Source: Candidatus Dojkabacteria bacterium
GTDB taxonomy: Bacteria; Patescibacteriota; Dojkabacteria; B142; OLB20
Length of the DNA stretch: 64,000 nucleotides
NCBI GenBank assembly: GCA_030583785.1
Contig: CP129475.1
Location: forward strand, 978,209 to 1,042,208
Reading direction: 5' to 3'
Positions 47,878 through 56,854 of this stretch are shown in pieces. A program made the translations under genes and the position numbers. The number at the start of each line of letters is the position of its first letter. The stretch's first letter is position 1. The notes under the pieces are model-generated. The model saw only the letters and a program-made list of their open reading frames with translations. It had not been told where the DNA came from and searched no databases.

Positions 47878-48951
47878 ATGTCAAAAGGCTATACATACAA
47901 AGTTAATCGTCAAAAAAACGGAGAGGTTGAATTAGTTATCCAGGTAGATAAGAATAAGTTCAATGAAGAAAAGGCAAATACATTCAAACGAATGTCTACA
48001 GAAGTATCTTTGCCAGGTTTTAGAAAAGGAAAGGGTCCTCAAAATCTACTTGAAGCAAAACTAGGAACTAGATTATACGAAGAAACCCTAAACAGGATTG
48101 TACCAAGTGTTTCTGTAAGTATTCTCGAAGAAGAAAACTTAAATCCAATTACGCAGCTAAACTACACAGTAAAAAAGGTGTCTGAAGACGAAGGTATTGA
48201 ATACACAGCAACATTTATTGATTTTCCCGAATTTAAGCTTGGAGATTTTTCCAAAATCAAATTACTTGAAGAAGAAGTTACGGTCTCAGATGAAGAGCTT
48301 GCAAATTCAATACAACGCCTTTTTCAAATAAATCACCAACAAAAAAAGGATAAGAAAGAAGATAAGAAAGAGGGTAAAGAAGAAAAGAAAGAGACTGATA
48401 AGTTCGAAGTCACAGACGAATCCGTCAAAGATCTAGGCATGGGACTAAACACTGTTGCAGAACTTCAGAAAGAGCTTAAAGAAAGGTTATTGGTCGACAA
48501 GAAACGAGCTTTTGAAAACAAAAAGTACGGAAAAATGATAGACGATGCCATCAAGGCATCAAAAATTTCAGTTCCGGAAGCACTAATTGATCAAGAGGTT
48601 AAAGCCAGAATGGCAGATTATCAAAAACAAGTCGAAGACCTAGGACTTAAACTTGAAGACTTTCTTAAATCTCAAAATACTTCAACCGAAGAAATGGAAA
48701 AGGGCTGGAGAGAAGAAGTTAGAACTAGGGTTGCCCAAGAGCTTCTTTTCGTGAAAATTTCCAAAGAAAATAATTTGAAAGTGTCTTCCTTAGAAGTAGA
48801 ATCAGAGATCAATGCCATTATCGATCCGGAAATGAAGAAAGAATACGACAACGACAGAGGCAGAAGATATATTTCGGCAGTAATTCTGCAGCAAAAATCT
48901 GCGTTATGGTTACGCGAACAGATCGAAGGCAAAAAGAAGGAGTCAAAATAA
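47878..48951 (+). CDS. tig: trigger factor, short form with no recognisable PPIase domain
   Basis: Ribosome-binding signature GFRKGKGP within a conserved N-domain, and a TF C-domain. The FKBP-like domain appears replaced by a K/E-rich segment (QQKKDKKEDKKEGKEEKKE). Confidence 0.75.
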   Translation: MSKGYTYKVNRQKNGEVELVIQVDKNKFNEEKANTFKRMSTEVSLPGFRKGKGPQNLLEAKLGTRLYEETLNRIVPSVSVSILEEENLNPITQLNYTVKKVSEDEGIEYTATFIDFPEFKLGDFSKIKLLEEEVTVSDEELANSIQRLFQINHQQKKDKKEDKKEGKEEKKETDKFEVTDESVKDLGMGLNTVAELQKELKERLLVDKKRAFENKKYGKMIDDAIKASKISVPEALIDQEVKARMADYQKQVEDLGLKLEDFLKSQNTSTEEMEKGWREEVRTRVAQELLFVKISKENNLKVSSLEVESEINAIIDPEMKKEYDNDRGRRYISAVILQQKSALWLREQIEGKKKESK

Positions 48952-48998
48952 GTAACAATATGCCGGCGTGCTAGAATAAGTCCGAAGTATATTGCAAA

Positions 48999-50090
48999 TT
49001 GATCGAGTCCATAACATTACAAAATTTCCGAAATTTACAGGGTAATTATCTTCCTACCACCGGTATAAATCTTATCGTGGCCAGAAACGGTGCCGGCAAA
49101 AGCAATTTCTTAGATGCTATTTACCATTTAAGTCGGGGAAAATCCTTTCGAACAATAGCAGAAGGCAATGCCATTAATTGGGACTCCAGTCTGCCTTTTG
49201 CCAGAATCGAATCTCATATATCAGGAAGTAAAAAATTAGCATTGATTTTGAGTCAATTAGAAGGTCAAAATCGTAAGCGTTTTGAAGTCGACGGCTCTCC
49301 AAAAAAAAGGTTGACCTTTGTTTCCAATATTATAACTGTCTTATTTGCCCCACAAGACTTAGATATTGTCAGTGGTTCTCCGGATATAAGACGGGCAGAG
49401 ATTGATGATTTTCTCAGTCAGTCGAGTAAGGTCTACGAAGAAAATTTGCGCGAGTATAAGCAAGTTATCGTAAGAAGAAATAAGCTCCTGCAAAGAATTG
49501 CAGAACGAAAAGCCAACGAGAAGGAATTAAAGTTCTGGGATGAGAAACTGGTTGAATCTGGAACTGGATTAATCAAGATGCGTTACGATACATTAAACAG
49601 ATTTGCCCCATCTGTAATTAAGTATTCCAACGATCTGTTTGCAGGAGAAATCGGGAATCTTAGGATTGAGTATTTAAGTCGTTTTGCTGACTCACCTGAA
49701 GCCGATAACATCGCAGATGAATTTCTTAGTACTATCATAAAAGGAAGGGTAAAAGAACTTGCGGCAGGCAGAACATTATATGGTCCCCACCGCGATGACT
49801 TAAACATTGTTTTTGACAATAGACCAATTCGAATATTTGGATCTCGTGGGCAACAAAGGATTGCGGCACTGATCATTAAGTTTGCTATGCTTAAATACCT
49901 TTCGGAGAATAATCAACAAAGCCCAATCCTATTGCTGGACGATATTATGAGTGAACTAGATCCCAAGCATCGACATAACCTAGAGGAGTTCATTCAGGAG
50001 CTTGGCACACAATGTTTTATTACAGGAACAGATGAGTCTCAATTTAGCAGGAACTTTATGGGAAAGAATAACAACCTTCGGTTACAGTAA
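48999..50090 (+). CDS. recF: DNA replication and repair protein RecF
   Basis: N-terminus and Walker A (LQNFRN...LIVARNGAGKSNFLDAI) and the C-terminal LLDDI. TTG start. Confidence 0.88.
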   Translation: MIESITLQNFRNLQGNYLPTTGINLIVARNGAGKSNFLDAIYHLSRGKSFRTIAEGNAINWDSSLPFARIESHISGSKKLALILSQLEGQNRKRFEVDGSPKKRLTFVSNIITVLFAPQDLDIVSGSPDIRRAEIDDFLSQSSKVYEENLREYKQVIVRRNKLLQRIAERKANEKELKFWDEKLVESGTGLIKMRYDTLNRFAPSVIKYSNDLFAGEIGNLRIEYLSRFADSPEADNIADEFLSTIIKGRVKELAAGRTLYGPHRDDLNIVFDNRPIRIFGSRGQQRIAALIIKFAMLKYLSENNQQSPILLLDDIMSELDPKHRHNLEEFIQELGTQCFITGTDESQFSRNFMGKNNNLRLQ

Positions 50091-50447
50091 TAAATCTCTG
50101 ATTGCTTTTTGGTCAAATTCGGCATCAATTTCGTTGTATGTATCGATAGCTTCGTTTTGAGTAACGGGATCCTTTCCGGCGAATAGCTGTATTTCTTCTG
50201 AACCGCGCAGGTCAATATTGATTGGGGTTCTTTGCGAACCAACCATACCGTTAAGAGGGTTCATAACATTAAGCATGTAGGCATTACCGCAAACATGACA
50301 CTTAAGATGAAGAACAGTATTTACAGCAGAGCTGCGAACTATTCTGAAATCGTCTTCTGCATATTTGGAACCACAATTATCACAATGTTTAGGGGCAACA
50401 GCCAAAAGATTTTTTATGAGGTTTTTTGAATCTGCTTTATTGTGCAT
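50082..50447 (-). CDS. hypothetical protein with a CxxC...CxxC zinc-ribbon
   Basis: Motifs CDNCG and CHVCG. Sits downstream of sufU at the end of the operon. Confidence 0.45.
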   Translation of the reverse strand: MHNKADSKNLIKNLLAVAPKHCDNCGSKYAEDDFRIVRSSAVNTVLHLKCHVCGNAYMLNVMNPLNGMVGSQRTPINIDLRGSEEIQLFAGKDPVTQNEAIDTYNEIDAEFDQKAIRDLLL

Positions 50448-50491
50448 TGTTTACTAAGTATAGCTTTATCTAGAAAGATTGGTCAACAACA

Positions 50492-50863
50492 CTAATTATT
50501 TTTCTTGATTAATAGAGCCTTCTCTAAAGCATCTATGCTAAGGGCTGCACATTTGCTTCGAGAAGCGGTTAATTCAACTTGCAGAAGCTGCATCAAATCA
50601 TCTAGCTTAAAATCTTCTGCCTCTTTAATTGTTCTGCCTTGCAGCCATTCTGTCATTATTGAAGCACTAGCTATTGCTATGGCACAACCTTCTCCGGTAA
50701 AACCAGCTTCAGTTATTATATCTCCATTCCGTTTAAGGAATAGTTTTAAAGTGTCTCCGCAGCTAAGGTTTTCTGCTTCAATGATAACATCTGCGTCAAT
50801 AACTTCTCCGTAATTTCTCGGATTTTGATAATGGTCAAGTAAGAATTCCCGATAAATATCCAT
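50492..50863 (-). CDS. sufU: Fe-S cluster assembly scaffold SufU/IscU-like
   Basis: Motifs LLDHYQNPRN, SCGD and GCAIAIASAS. Confidence 0.85.
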   Translation of the reverse strand: MDIYREFLLDHYQNPRNYGEVIDADVIIEAENLSCGDTLKLFLKRNGDIITEAGFTGEGCAIAIASASIMTEWLQGRTIKEAEDFKLDDLMQLLQVELTASRSKCAALSIDALEKALLIKKNN

Positions 50864-50900
50864 AAATCAATATCTTGCAGATGTATTCTATCACGAAAAG

Positions 50901-52118
50901 CTATTTTCTAAATTTTTTTATGGACTCAACGAGCGTCGCTGCAAGTTTGTCGATATCTTGGTAGTCGTTGTAGAGGTAAATTGAGGCTCTAACAGTAGCA
51001 GAAGTTTTTAATACATCTCGCAATAATATTTGATTGCAATGATGTCCTGCACGGACTGCGATGTTCCTTTCTGCTAACAGTTGGGCAATATCATGTGCAT
51101 GGACTTTATCAACATTAAAACTTACAACTCCACCTCGATCCTGTGAAGATTCGGGCCCCAAGATGCTAACTCCTTCGATGCTGATTAATTTTGCGATCAA
51201 ATAGCTTGTGAGTTCTTCTTCGTGGGCAACAACCTTATGCATGCCAATTTTTTGCAGGTATCGGATAGCTTCTGCCAGAGCAATAGCACCTGCAATATTT
51301 GGAGTTCCTGCCTCGTGTTTGGCTGGAATATCTGCCCAGGAGCTTTGCAGGTAATCCACCTTGTTGATCATGCCACCGCCAACAATTGCAGGATTCATCT
51401 TTCTAAGCAGTTCAGATTTTCCATATAAAACACCTATCCCCGTAGGACCGAGCATTTTGTGTCCAGACAGGGCATAAAAATCCACATCGAGTTTGTGTAA
51501 ATCAAGCTGATAATGAGGAGCGTATTGAGCTCCATCAACAATTATTATTGTTTCGGGGGACAAGAGCCTGACAAGTTTTACAACAGTTGCAATAGGTGTG
51601 ATTGTCCCTAGTACATTGCTCATATGAGTAAGGGCAAGTGCTCGAACATTGCCTTGTTTAAGTTTTGCTTCTAGTTCTTCTAGGTCAAGTTGATAATTGT
51701 CGTCAAGCCCAAGATAGTCAATTTTGATGTTGTTGTTAACTGAAGCCTGTTGAATTGGTAGCATGCTGGCATGATGCTCCATTTTACTTGTTAAAAGAAC
51801 ATTTTCTTCACCTGCAATGATTAAATCAGGTATCAGGCTTAAAGATACATAATTCAGGCCAGCAGTTGTGCCGGAGGTGAAAATAATTTCTTCAGGGCTT
51901 ACTCCGAAATGTTTGGCAACAATAATTCTTGCTTCTTCGTATTTAGCTGTGGCTTGTTCAGAAAGAGAATATAATCCACGATGAACATTTGCATTTTCGA
52001 ATGTATAGAAATTTGTAAGCGAGTCAATGACTACCTGCGGCTTTTGCGATGTAGCAGCGGAATCTAAATAGACTAATTCATTATGAAAATTTAGTATTGG
52101 AAAATCCTCCTTATTCAT
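50901..52118 (-). CDS. sufS: cysteine desulfurase (class V aminotransferase, SufS-type)
   Basis: PLP-lysine region SGHKMLGPTGIG and a C-terminal RAGHHC active-site loop. Confidence 0.9.
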   Translation of the reverse strand: MNKEDFPILNFHNELVYLDSAATSQKPQVVIDSLTNFYTFENANVHRGLYSLSEQATAKYEEARIIVAKHFGVSPEEIIFTSGTTAGLNYVSLSLIPDLIIAGEENVLLTSKMEHHASMLPIQQASVNNNIKIDYLGLDDNYQLDLEELEAKLKQGNVRALALTHMSNVLGTITPIATVVKLVRLLSPETIIIVDGAQYAPHYQLDLHKLDVDFYALSGHKMLGPTGIGVLYGKSELLRKMNPAIVGGGMINKVDYLQSSWADIPAKHEAGTPNIAGAIALAEAIRYLQKIGMHKVVAHEEELTSYLIAKLISIEGVSILGPESSQDRGGVVSFNVDKVHAHDIAQLLAERNIAVRAGHHCNQILLRDVLKTSATVRASIYLYNDYQDIDKLAATLVESIKKFRK

Positions 52119-52791
52119 TTTCTTCTCTTTTTCTTATTGTACATGAATATACTCCTCTGTCGTCTGTCTTAAAGAAATTTATTAGCTCTGCTGCAGATGG
52201 TAAAACATCTCTAAGTCTAAAGGGATTATATCTTTTTAAATCAGGAGTCCTGGCATAAAATACTAAATCAAGATACATACTTAGATTGAACAAGGAGTCG
52301 TCTGCATACCTATGAGAACTTCTTGCCCCGCGAAAATAGCCTCCATCATACAGAGTGAACATTAGCTGTCCGTATGGTCGTATCACCCTTATAGCTTCTG
52401 AGACTCCTCTGCAAACATCTTCTTTGTCTCTTGCATAACAGGCAAGAGCATAGGTTGACATGGCGAGATCAAAAGAATCGTTTGCAAATGGTAGGTGAGT
52501 GAAATCTGCTACAATCAATTTGTTCGGATTAGATTTCTCGGGAGAAAGGTCAAGATTGAATACTTGCAAACCACGATGAATTTGATCCAGTTCGGTTGAG
52601 AATCTGCCTGTTCCTGCGCCAAGATCGAGAATGTTCTCGAATCCATAGGCATGGATATATTTTACAAATTCTCTGGGGGTTGGAAAGCCATGCAAACTAC
52701 AAACAACGCTCGCACTTCTTTCACGATTGATTCTTTTGGCAGATGCCATTATTCTTCTGTATTCGTCATCAGATAGCCTCTGTTCTATCAT
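52111..52791 (-). CDS. class I SAM-dependent methyltransferase
   Basis: Motif I reads ILDLGAGTGRFS. The gene lies inside the suf operon. Confidence 0.7.
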   Translation of the reverse strand: MIEQRLSDDEYRRIMASAKRINRERSASVVCSLHGFPTPREFVKYIHAYGFENILDLGAGTGRFSTELDQIHRGLQVFNLDLSPEKSNPNKLIVADFTHLPFANDSFDLAMSTYALACYARDKEDVCRGVSEAIRVIRPYGQLMFTLYDGGYFRGARSSHRYADDSLFNLSMYLDLVFYARTPDLKRYNPFRLRDVLPSAAELINFFKTDDRGVYSCTIRKREENE

Positions 52792-52856
52792 TCTCGAATA
52801 GTAATCCCGGGAATTATAGCCTAGAGACTAGGATTCTGTGAAATTTTTGACGACCG

Positions 52857-53954
52857 TTAGTAGTTTCGACTTTGCCAAGATTTAACAGATCCCTCGAGTT
52901 TAGTATCTGTCGGTGGTTGGTATTTATTGTTTCCCATTGGATCCCAAGCTCGCCTTATATTATGAGCAGGAAGCTGTATATGTACCATGGTTCTATCGTC
53001 TGGGTTTTCTGGTCTTATTCCTGATCTCCCAGGTCTCATGGCTTGCAAATCAATAATCCATGGAGGAGTGGATACTTCGGCTTCATCATCTCTGTAGGCA
53101 GAATAATATCCATCTGTCGTAAGTGCGAATTCATATCCACATGGGAAAGCATCAATTTGGACAACACCTAAGAGATGGTTTAATCTGCTTGCCTCGACCA
53201 TATTTCTATTACCATCAGGGTCTGCACCAACTGGAATCGCTTGGTTCGTATTTTTTGTTGGGTTGGCAACAATAACTGGTGCAACATCAGTTCTTGCACC
53301 GATCGTTGCAACTTGAAGAATATAAGGGTACTGACCTGTAGCATCAGGAAGTGCCATCGCAACTTGTAATGTTGAAGCCCCTTCAGATAGTCTTAATTTC
53401 TGAATATTCTCTATGACTTTACCAATTAGAAATTCAAAAGCTCTATGTCTGGCCTCTGGACGATCTGGAGAGCCTCCTAATCTTGGCCTATTCGCTTGTC
53501 TATCTTGATATACAATTAATCCTGCAAAGAGATCATTTGCAACATTACCAGTCTTCGACTGTTCTGTGGCAGGATCTGTATATGTGTAATTACTGAACAA
53601 ATTTTCTGCTATCACCATTGTAGCAATCGAGGTAATTTGTGAAGCGATTTTTGCAGATTGGTCCGTTTTTTGCCCTTGGACATCAACAGATCCACCGTCG
53701 GCAATTGCTGCTATTGGTATAACAACACCTAGTCCACCTTCTAGGACAGCTTCTATCGATCTTGCTGAGGCAGCATCCTGCGCATCTTGTCCTTTTTCTG
53801 CGACTATCGTTACCATTCCTGGATTCTGTTCATCGCCAAAGGGTAGTTCGGCAGTATAATTGGATCGGTTCCTAAAGAATCCAAAATCACTTGTGTCAAA
53901 TTTCACTGACTTGTAAATTGGAGGCATAACACCATCTTCTCGTTCGCTACTCAT
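52857..53954 (-). CDS. protein of unknown function (365 aa) inside the suf operon
   Basis: No motif I recognise. Same strand and tightly spaced between the short sufD and the methyltransferase/sufS genes. Confidence 0.5.
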   Translation of the reverse strand: MSSEREDGVMPPIYKSVKFDTSDFGFFRNRSNYTAELPFGDEQNPGMVTIVAEKGQDAQDAASARSIEAVLEGGLGVVIPIAAIADGGSVDVQGQKTDQSAKIASQITSIATMVIAENLFSNYTYTDPATEQSKTGNVANDLFAGLIVYQDRQANRPRLGGSPDRPEARHRAFEFLIGKVIENIQKLRLSEGASTLQVAMALPDATGQYPYILQVATIGARTDVAPVIVANPTKNTNQAIPVGADPDGNRNMVEASRLNHLLGVVQIDAFPCGYEFALTTDGYYSAYRDDEAEVSTPPWIIDLQAMRPGRSGIRPENPDDRTMVHIQLPAHNIRRAWDPMGNNKYQPPTDTKLEGSVKSWQSRNY

Positions 53955-53989
53955 ATTGAAATAGTTAATTTTCTTAAGAATACCACAAA

Positions 53990-54478
53990 TTAAGAATTTT
54001 GTAGCTGATTTGTTGAAATTCGATCTAATATGTCCTTGATGAAGCCTTCGACAAGCATTTTTTCTGCCATATTTGCAGATATACCTCGGCTTTGCAGATA
54101 ATAGAGATATTCATCGTCGATATTTCCAACCGTGGCTCCGTGACCACCTTTTACGCTTTCTTCGGTAATTTCTAGGCTGGGTATGGCTCTGGCCGATGCC
54201 TTGGTACCAATAATCAACACATCAATTCGAAGATAGGCGTCTGTGTTTTCTGCACCTTTGTTAATGATAAGAAGCCCTTCCAGATCAAATCTGGACTTAT
54301 CATAGACAACAGCTTTGATTCTGGTTAAGGATTTTAAGTTCGGACTGTTATGAACAACAGATATCTTATTACTTAATAGATCATCATTTCTACCGATGAA
54401 TAAACCCAGAAGTTCTGTGTCTTCAGTAATTTCAATTATTTGATCTGGAATTGTTAGATCAATGACTTTTGTTTTCAT
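53990..54478 (-). CDS. sufD: minimal SufD-like protein (only the C-terminal SufBD core)
   Basis: 162 aa matching the C-terminal part of SufB/SufD ([23 protein letters not shown]). Follows sufB and overlaps it. Confidence 0.6.
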   Translation of the reverse strand: MKTKVIDLTIPDQIIEITEDTELLGLFIGRNDDLLSNKISVVHNSPNLKSLTRIKAVVYDKSRFDLEGLLIINKGAENTDAYLRIDVLIIGTKASARAIPSLEITEESVKGGHGATVGNIDDEYLYYLQSRGISANMAEKMLVEGFIKDILDRISTNQLQNS

Positions 54479-55938
54479 CCTACGCTTCCTGCCATACTCA
54501 TTTGAATAAGTGCGTTCATTTCCATGGCATATTCCATGGGAAGTTCTTTAATGATTGGTTCAATAAAGCCAGATACAATTAGATAGGCTGCATCTTCTTC
54601 TGATAATCCACGACTCATTAAATAAAACAACTGTTCCTCGTTCACTTTTGAAACGCTTGCCTCGTGACCAAGATTAACATCTTTTTCGTCAATATCATTG
54701 TATGGATATGTGTCCGTTTGAGATTTATTGTCGAGAATAAGTGCATCGCAAATTACTTTAGATTTTGATTTTTTTGCTCCTTTAACTATCTTAAGAAGTC
54801 CGCGATAGCTTGTTCTTCCTCCATCTTTGCAGATAGACTTGGATTGAATCAAGCTTGTTGTGTGAGGGGCTCGGTGGATAATTTTGGCTCCCGCATCTTG
54901 ATGTTGAGATTTTTGAGCAAGGGCAATAGACAAGACTTCTCCGTGTGCACCAGGTTCAAGTAAATAAACAGAAGGGTACTTCATGGTTACTTTTGAACCA
55001 AGATTGCAGTCAATCCATTCCATTCTTCCGTTAGCAAGAACGGTGGCTCTTTTTGTGACAAGATTGTATACATTGTTTGACCAGTTCTGAATAGTGGTAT
55101 ATCTGACCCTTGCATTCTTTTTGACGATGATTTCGACAACGGCGCTGTGCAATGAATCAGAGCTATAGATTGGTGCGGTGCAGCCTTCGATGTAATGAAT
55201 ATCGCTGCCTTCTTCGGCGACTATCAAAGTTCGTTCAAATTGACCCATGTTTTGGGCATTAATTCTGAAGTAGGCTTGAAGAGGAATATCTACCTTTACG
55301 CCTTTTGGAACATAAATAAAACTGCCCCCGCTCCAGACCGCACTGTTAAGAGCGGCAAACTTGTTGTCTGATGAAGGGATTACGGTTCCGAAGTATTGAT
55401 GAAATATTTCTGGATACTGTTTATATGCCGAATCTGTATCTAAAAAGATTACGCCCTTTTCGTTAAACTTTTTTTGCAGATTGTGATAAACAACTTCTGA
55501 TTCGTATTGTGTAGCAACTCCTGCTAAGAATTTTCTTTCTGCCTGCGGAATGCCTAATTTTTCGAATGTATTTTTGATCTCTTCGGGGACACTGTCCCAA
55601 CTTTGTTCGTTTCTATCGGTAGCTCTTACAAAGTAATGTATGTTGTCGAACTTGATGTCAGATAAATCTGCGCCCCATGTCGGCATTTCTTTTTTTAAGA
55701 ATATGTCGTATGCCTTGAGTCTATTGTTTAACATCCAGTCATCTTCGTTTTTTAGTTTCGATATTTGCTTGATGATTTTTTTATTGATTCCCTTACCTAG
55801 ATCAAAGCTGTTTTTAATATTGTCTTTGAATCCGTATTTCTTTTCGTAATCTGAGTTAATTGTATTAACAACAGCAACTTCTTCTGCGATTATGTCCGAA
55901 GCATTGGTTTTTTGTTGCTGAAGGTTTTTATTGCTCAT
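54475..55938 (-). CDS. sufB: Fe-S cluster assembly protein SufB
   Basis: Strong SufB similarity across the protein ([11 protein letters not shown] and [13 protein letters not shown]... [21 protein letters not shown]). Confidence 0.92.
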   Translation of the reverse strand: MSNKNLQQQKTNASDIIAEEVAVVNTINSDYEKKYGFKDNIKNSFDLGKGINKKIIKQISKLKNEDDWMLNNRLKAYDIFLKKEMPTWGADLSDIKFDNIHYFVRATDRNEQSWDSVPEEIKNTFEKLGIPQAERKFLAGVATQYESEVVYHNLQKKFNEKGVIFLDTDSAYKQYPEIFHQYFGTVIPSSDNKFAALNSAVWSGGSFIYVPKGVKVDIPLQAYFRINAQNMGQFERTLIVAEEGSDIHYIEGCTAPIYSSDSLHSAVVEIIVKKNARVRYTTIQNWSNNVYNLVTKRATVLANGRMEWIDCNLGSKVTMKYPSVYLLEPGAHGEVLSIALAQKSQHQDAGAKIIHRAPHTTSLIQSKSICKDGGRTSYRGLLKIVKGAKKSKSKVICDALILDNKSQTDTYPYNDIDEKDVNLGHEASVSKVNEEQLFYLMSRGLSEEDAAYLIVSGFIEPIIKELPMEYAMEMNALIQMSMAGSVG

Positions 55939-56669
55939 ATTGTTTTGTAACCTTTTTGGTTTATTCTTTCGACTATGTCTAAGTCGCCAGACTCTACAAT
56001 TTGGCCGTTACGCATGACATGTACTTTATCTGGGGAGATGATTTCGAAGATCCTTTGATAGTGGGTGATAATTAGAACTCCCATCCTTTTTTGGAGTTCT
56101 TGTATCTTTTTGACTCCGTTGAAGACAGTTTTTAGAGCATCGACATCTAGTCCTGAATCAGTTTCGTCAAGTATAGCGTATTTAGGCTCTAGAACTGCAA
56201 GTTGCAAAATTTCTGATTTCTTTTTTTCGCCACCTGATAGTCCTTCGTTCAGATTTCTATCAAGCATCTTTTCATCGAGTTCTAGCAAAGCAGCTTTTTC
56301 TTTTAATAGCTTACGAAAAGCAAATACCGGTAGTTTTTTATCTTTTGGCAATCTTGCGTTATAAGCCATTCTTAAGAAGTTGCTGTAATTAACCCCTGGG
56401 ATCTCGGTGGGGTATTGAAAGGCCATAAACAGACCCTGCAAGGATCTTTCGTCTGGTTCTGCATCTGTGATGTCGAAATTGTCGAGTTCGATCTTTCCAG
56501 TTTCAATTTCTAAAAATGGATGGCCACTAAGTGCTTTTGCTAAGGTTGATTTTCCTGATCCGTTTGGTCCCATGAGTACATGTATTTCACCTGCCGGCAG
56601 AGATAGATTAACTCCGTTCAGAATTTTGTTGCCTTCAACTGAGGCATGCAAGTTTGTTATTTTAAGCAT
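55935..56669 (-). CDS. sufC: Fe-S cluster assembly ATPase SufC
   Basis: ABC ATPase with Walker [11 protein letters not shown], the signature LSGGEKK, and the SufC-typical N-terminus L.I.NLH. Confidence 0.93.
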   Translation of the reverse strand: MLKITNLHASVEGNKILNGVNLSLPAGEIHVLMGPNGSGKSTLAKALSGHPFLEIETGKIELDNFDITDAEPDERSLQGLFMAFQYPTEIPGVNYSNFLRMAYNARLPKDKKLPVFAFRKLLKEKAALLELDEKMLDRNLNEGLSGGEKKKSEILQLAVLEPKYAILDETDSGLDVDALKTVFNGVKKIQELQKRMGVLIITHYQRIFEIISPDKVHVMRNGQIVESGDLDIVERINQKGYKTI

Positions 56670-56854
56670 GATTGCATTGCTAGAAAATACATTTTAACAG
56701 ACAAACAGAATTACACCTTGGGTTTTTCTAAATTTTAGTGCTGATCATTTGGAACGAGCTTTGATGATCCTTTTCGCAAACCAGATAAAATCTCGTGGTT
56801 CGTTAAGATTCTTAAGTATAAGCATGATTAATCCGGTTTGTGGTTTTGCCTCTT

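Noticed and set aside
52857-53954. Reading the 365-aa suf-operon protein as a phage capsid or encapsulin shell
   Set aside because: I recorded it only as speculation in the findings. I could recognise no HK97-fold or encapsulin signature by eye, and SufS lacks the N-terminal cargo-targeting extension seen in Family 2 encapsulin systems.
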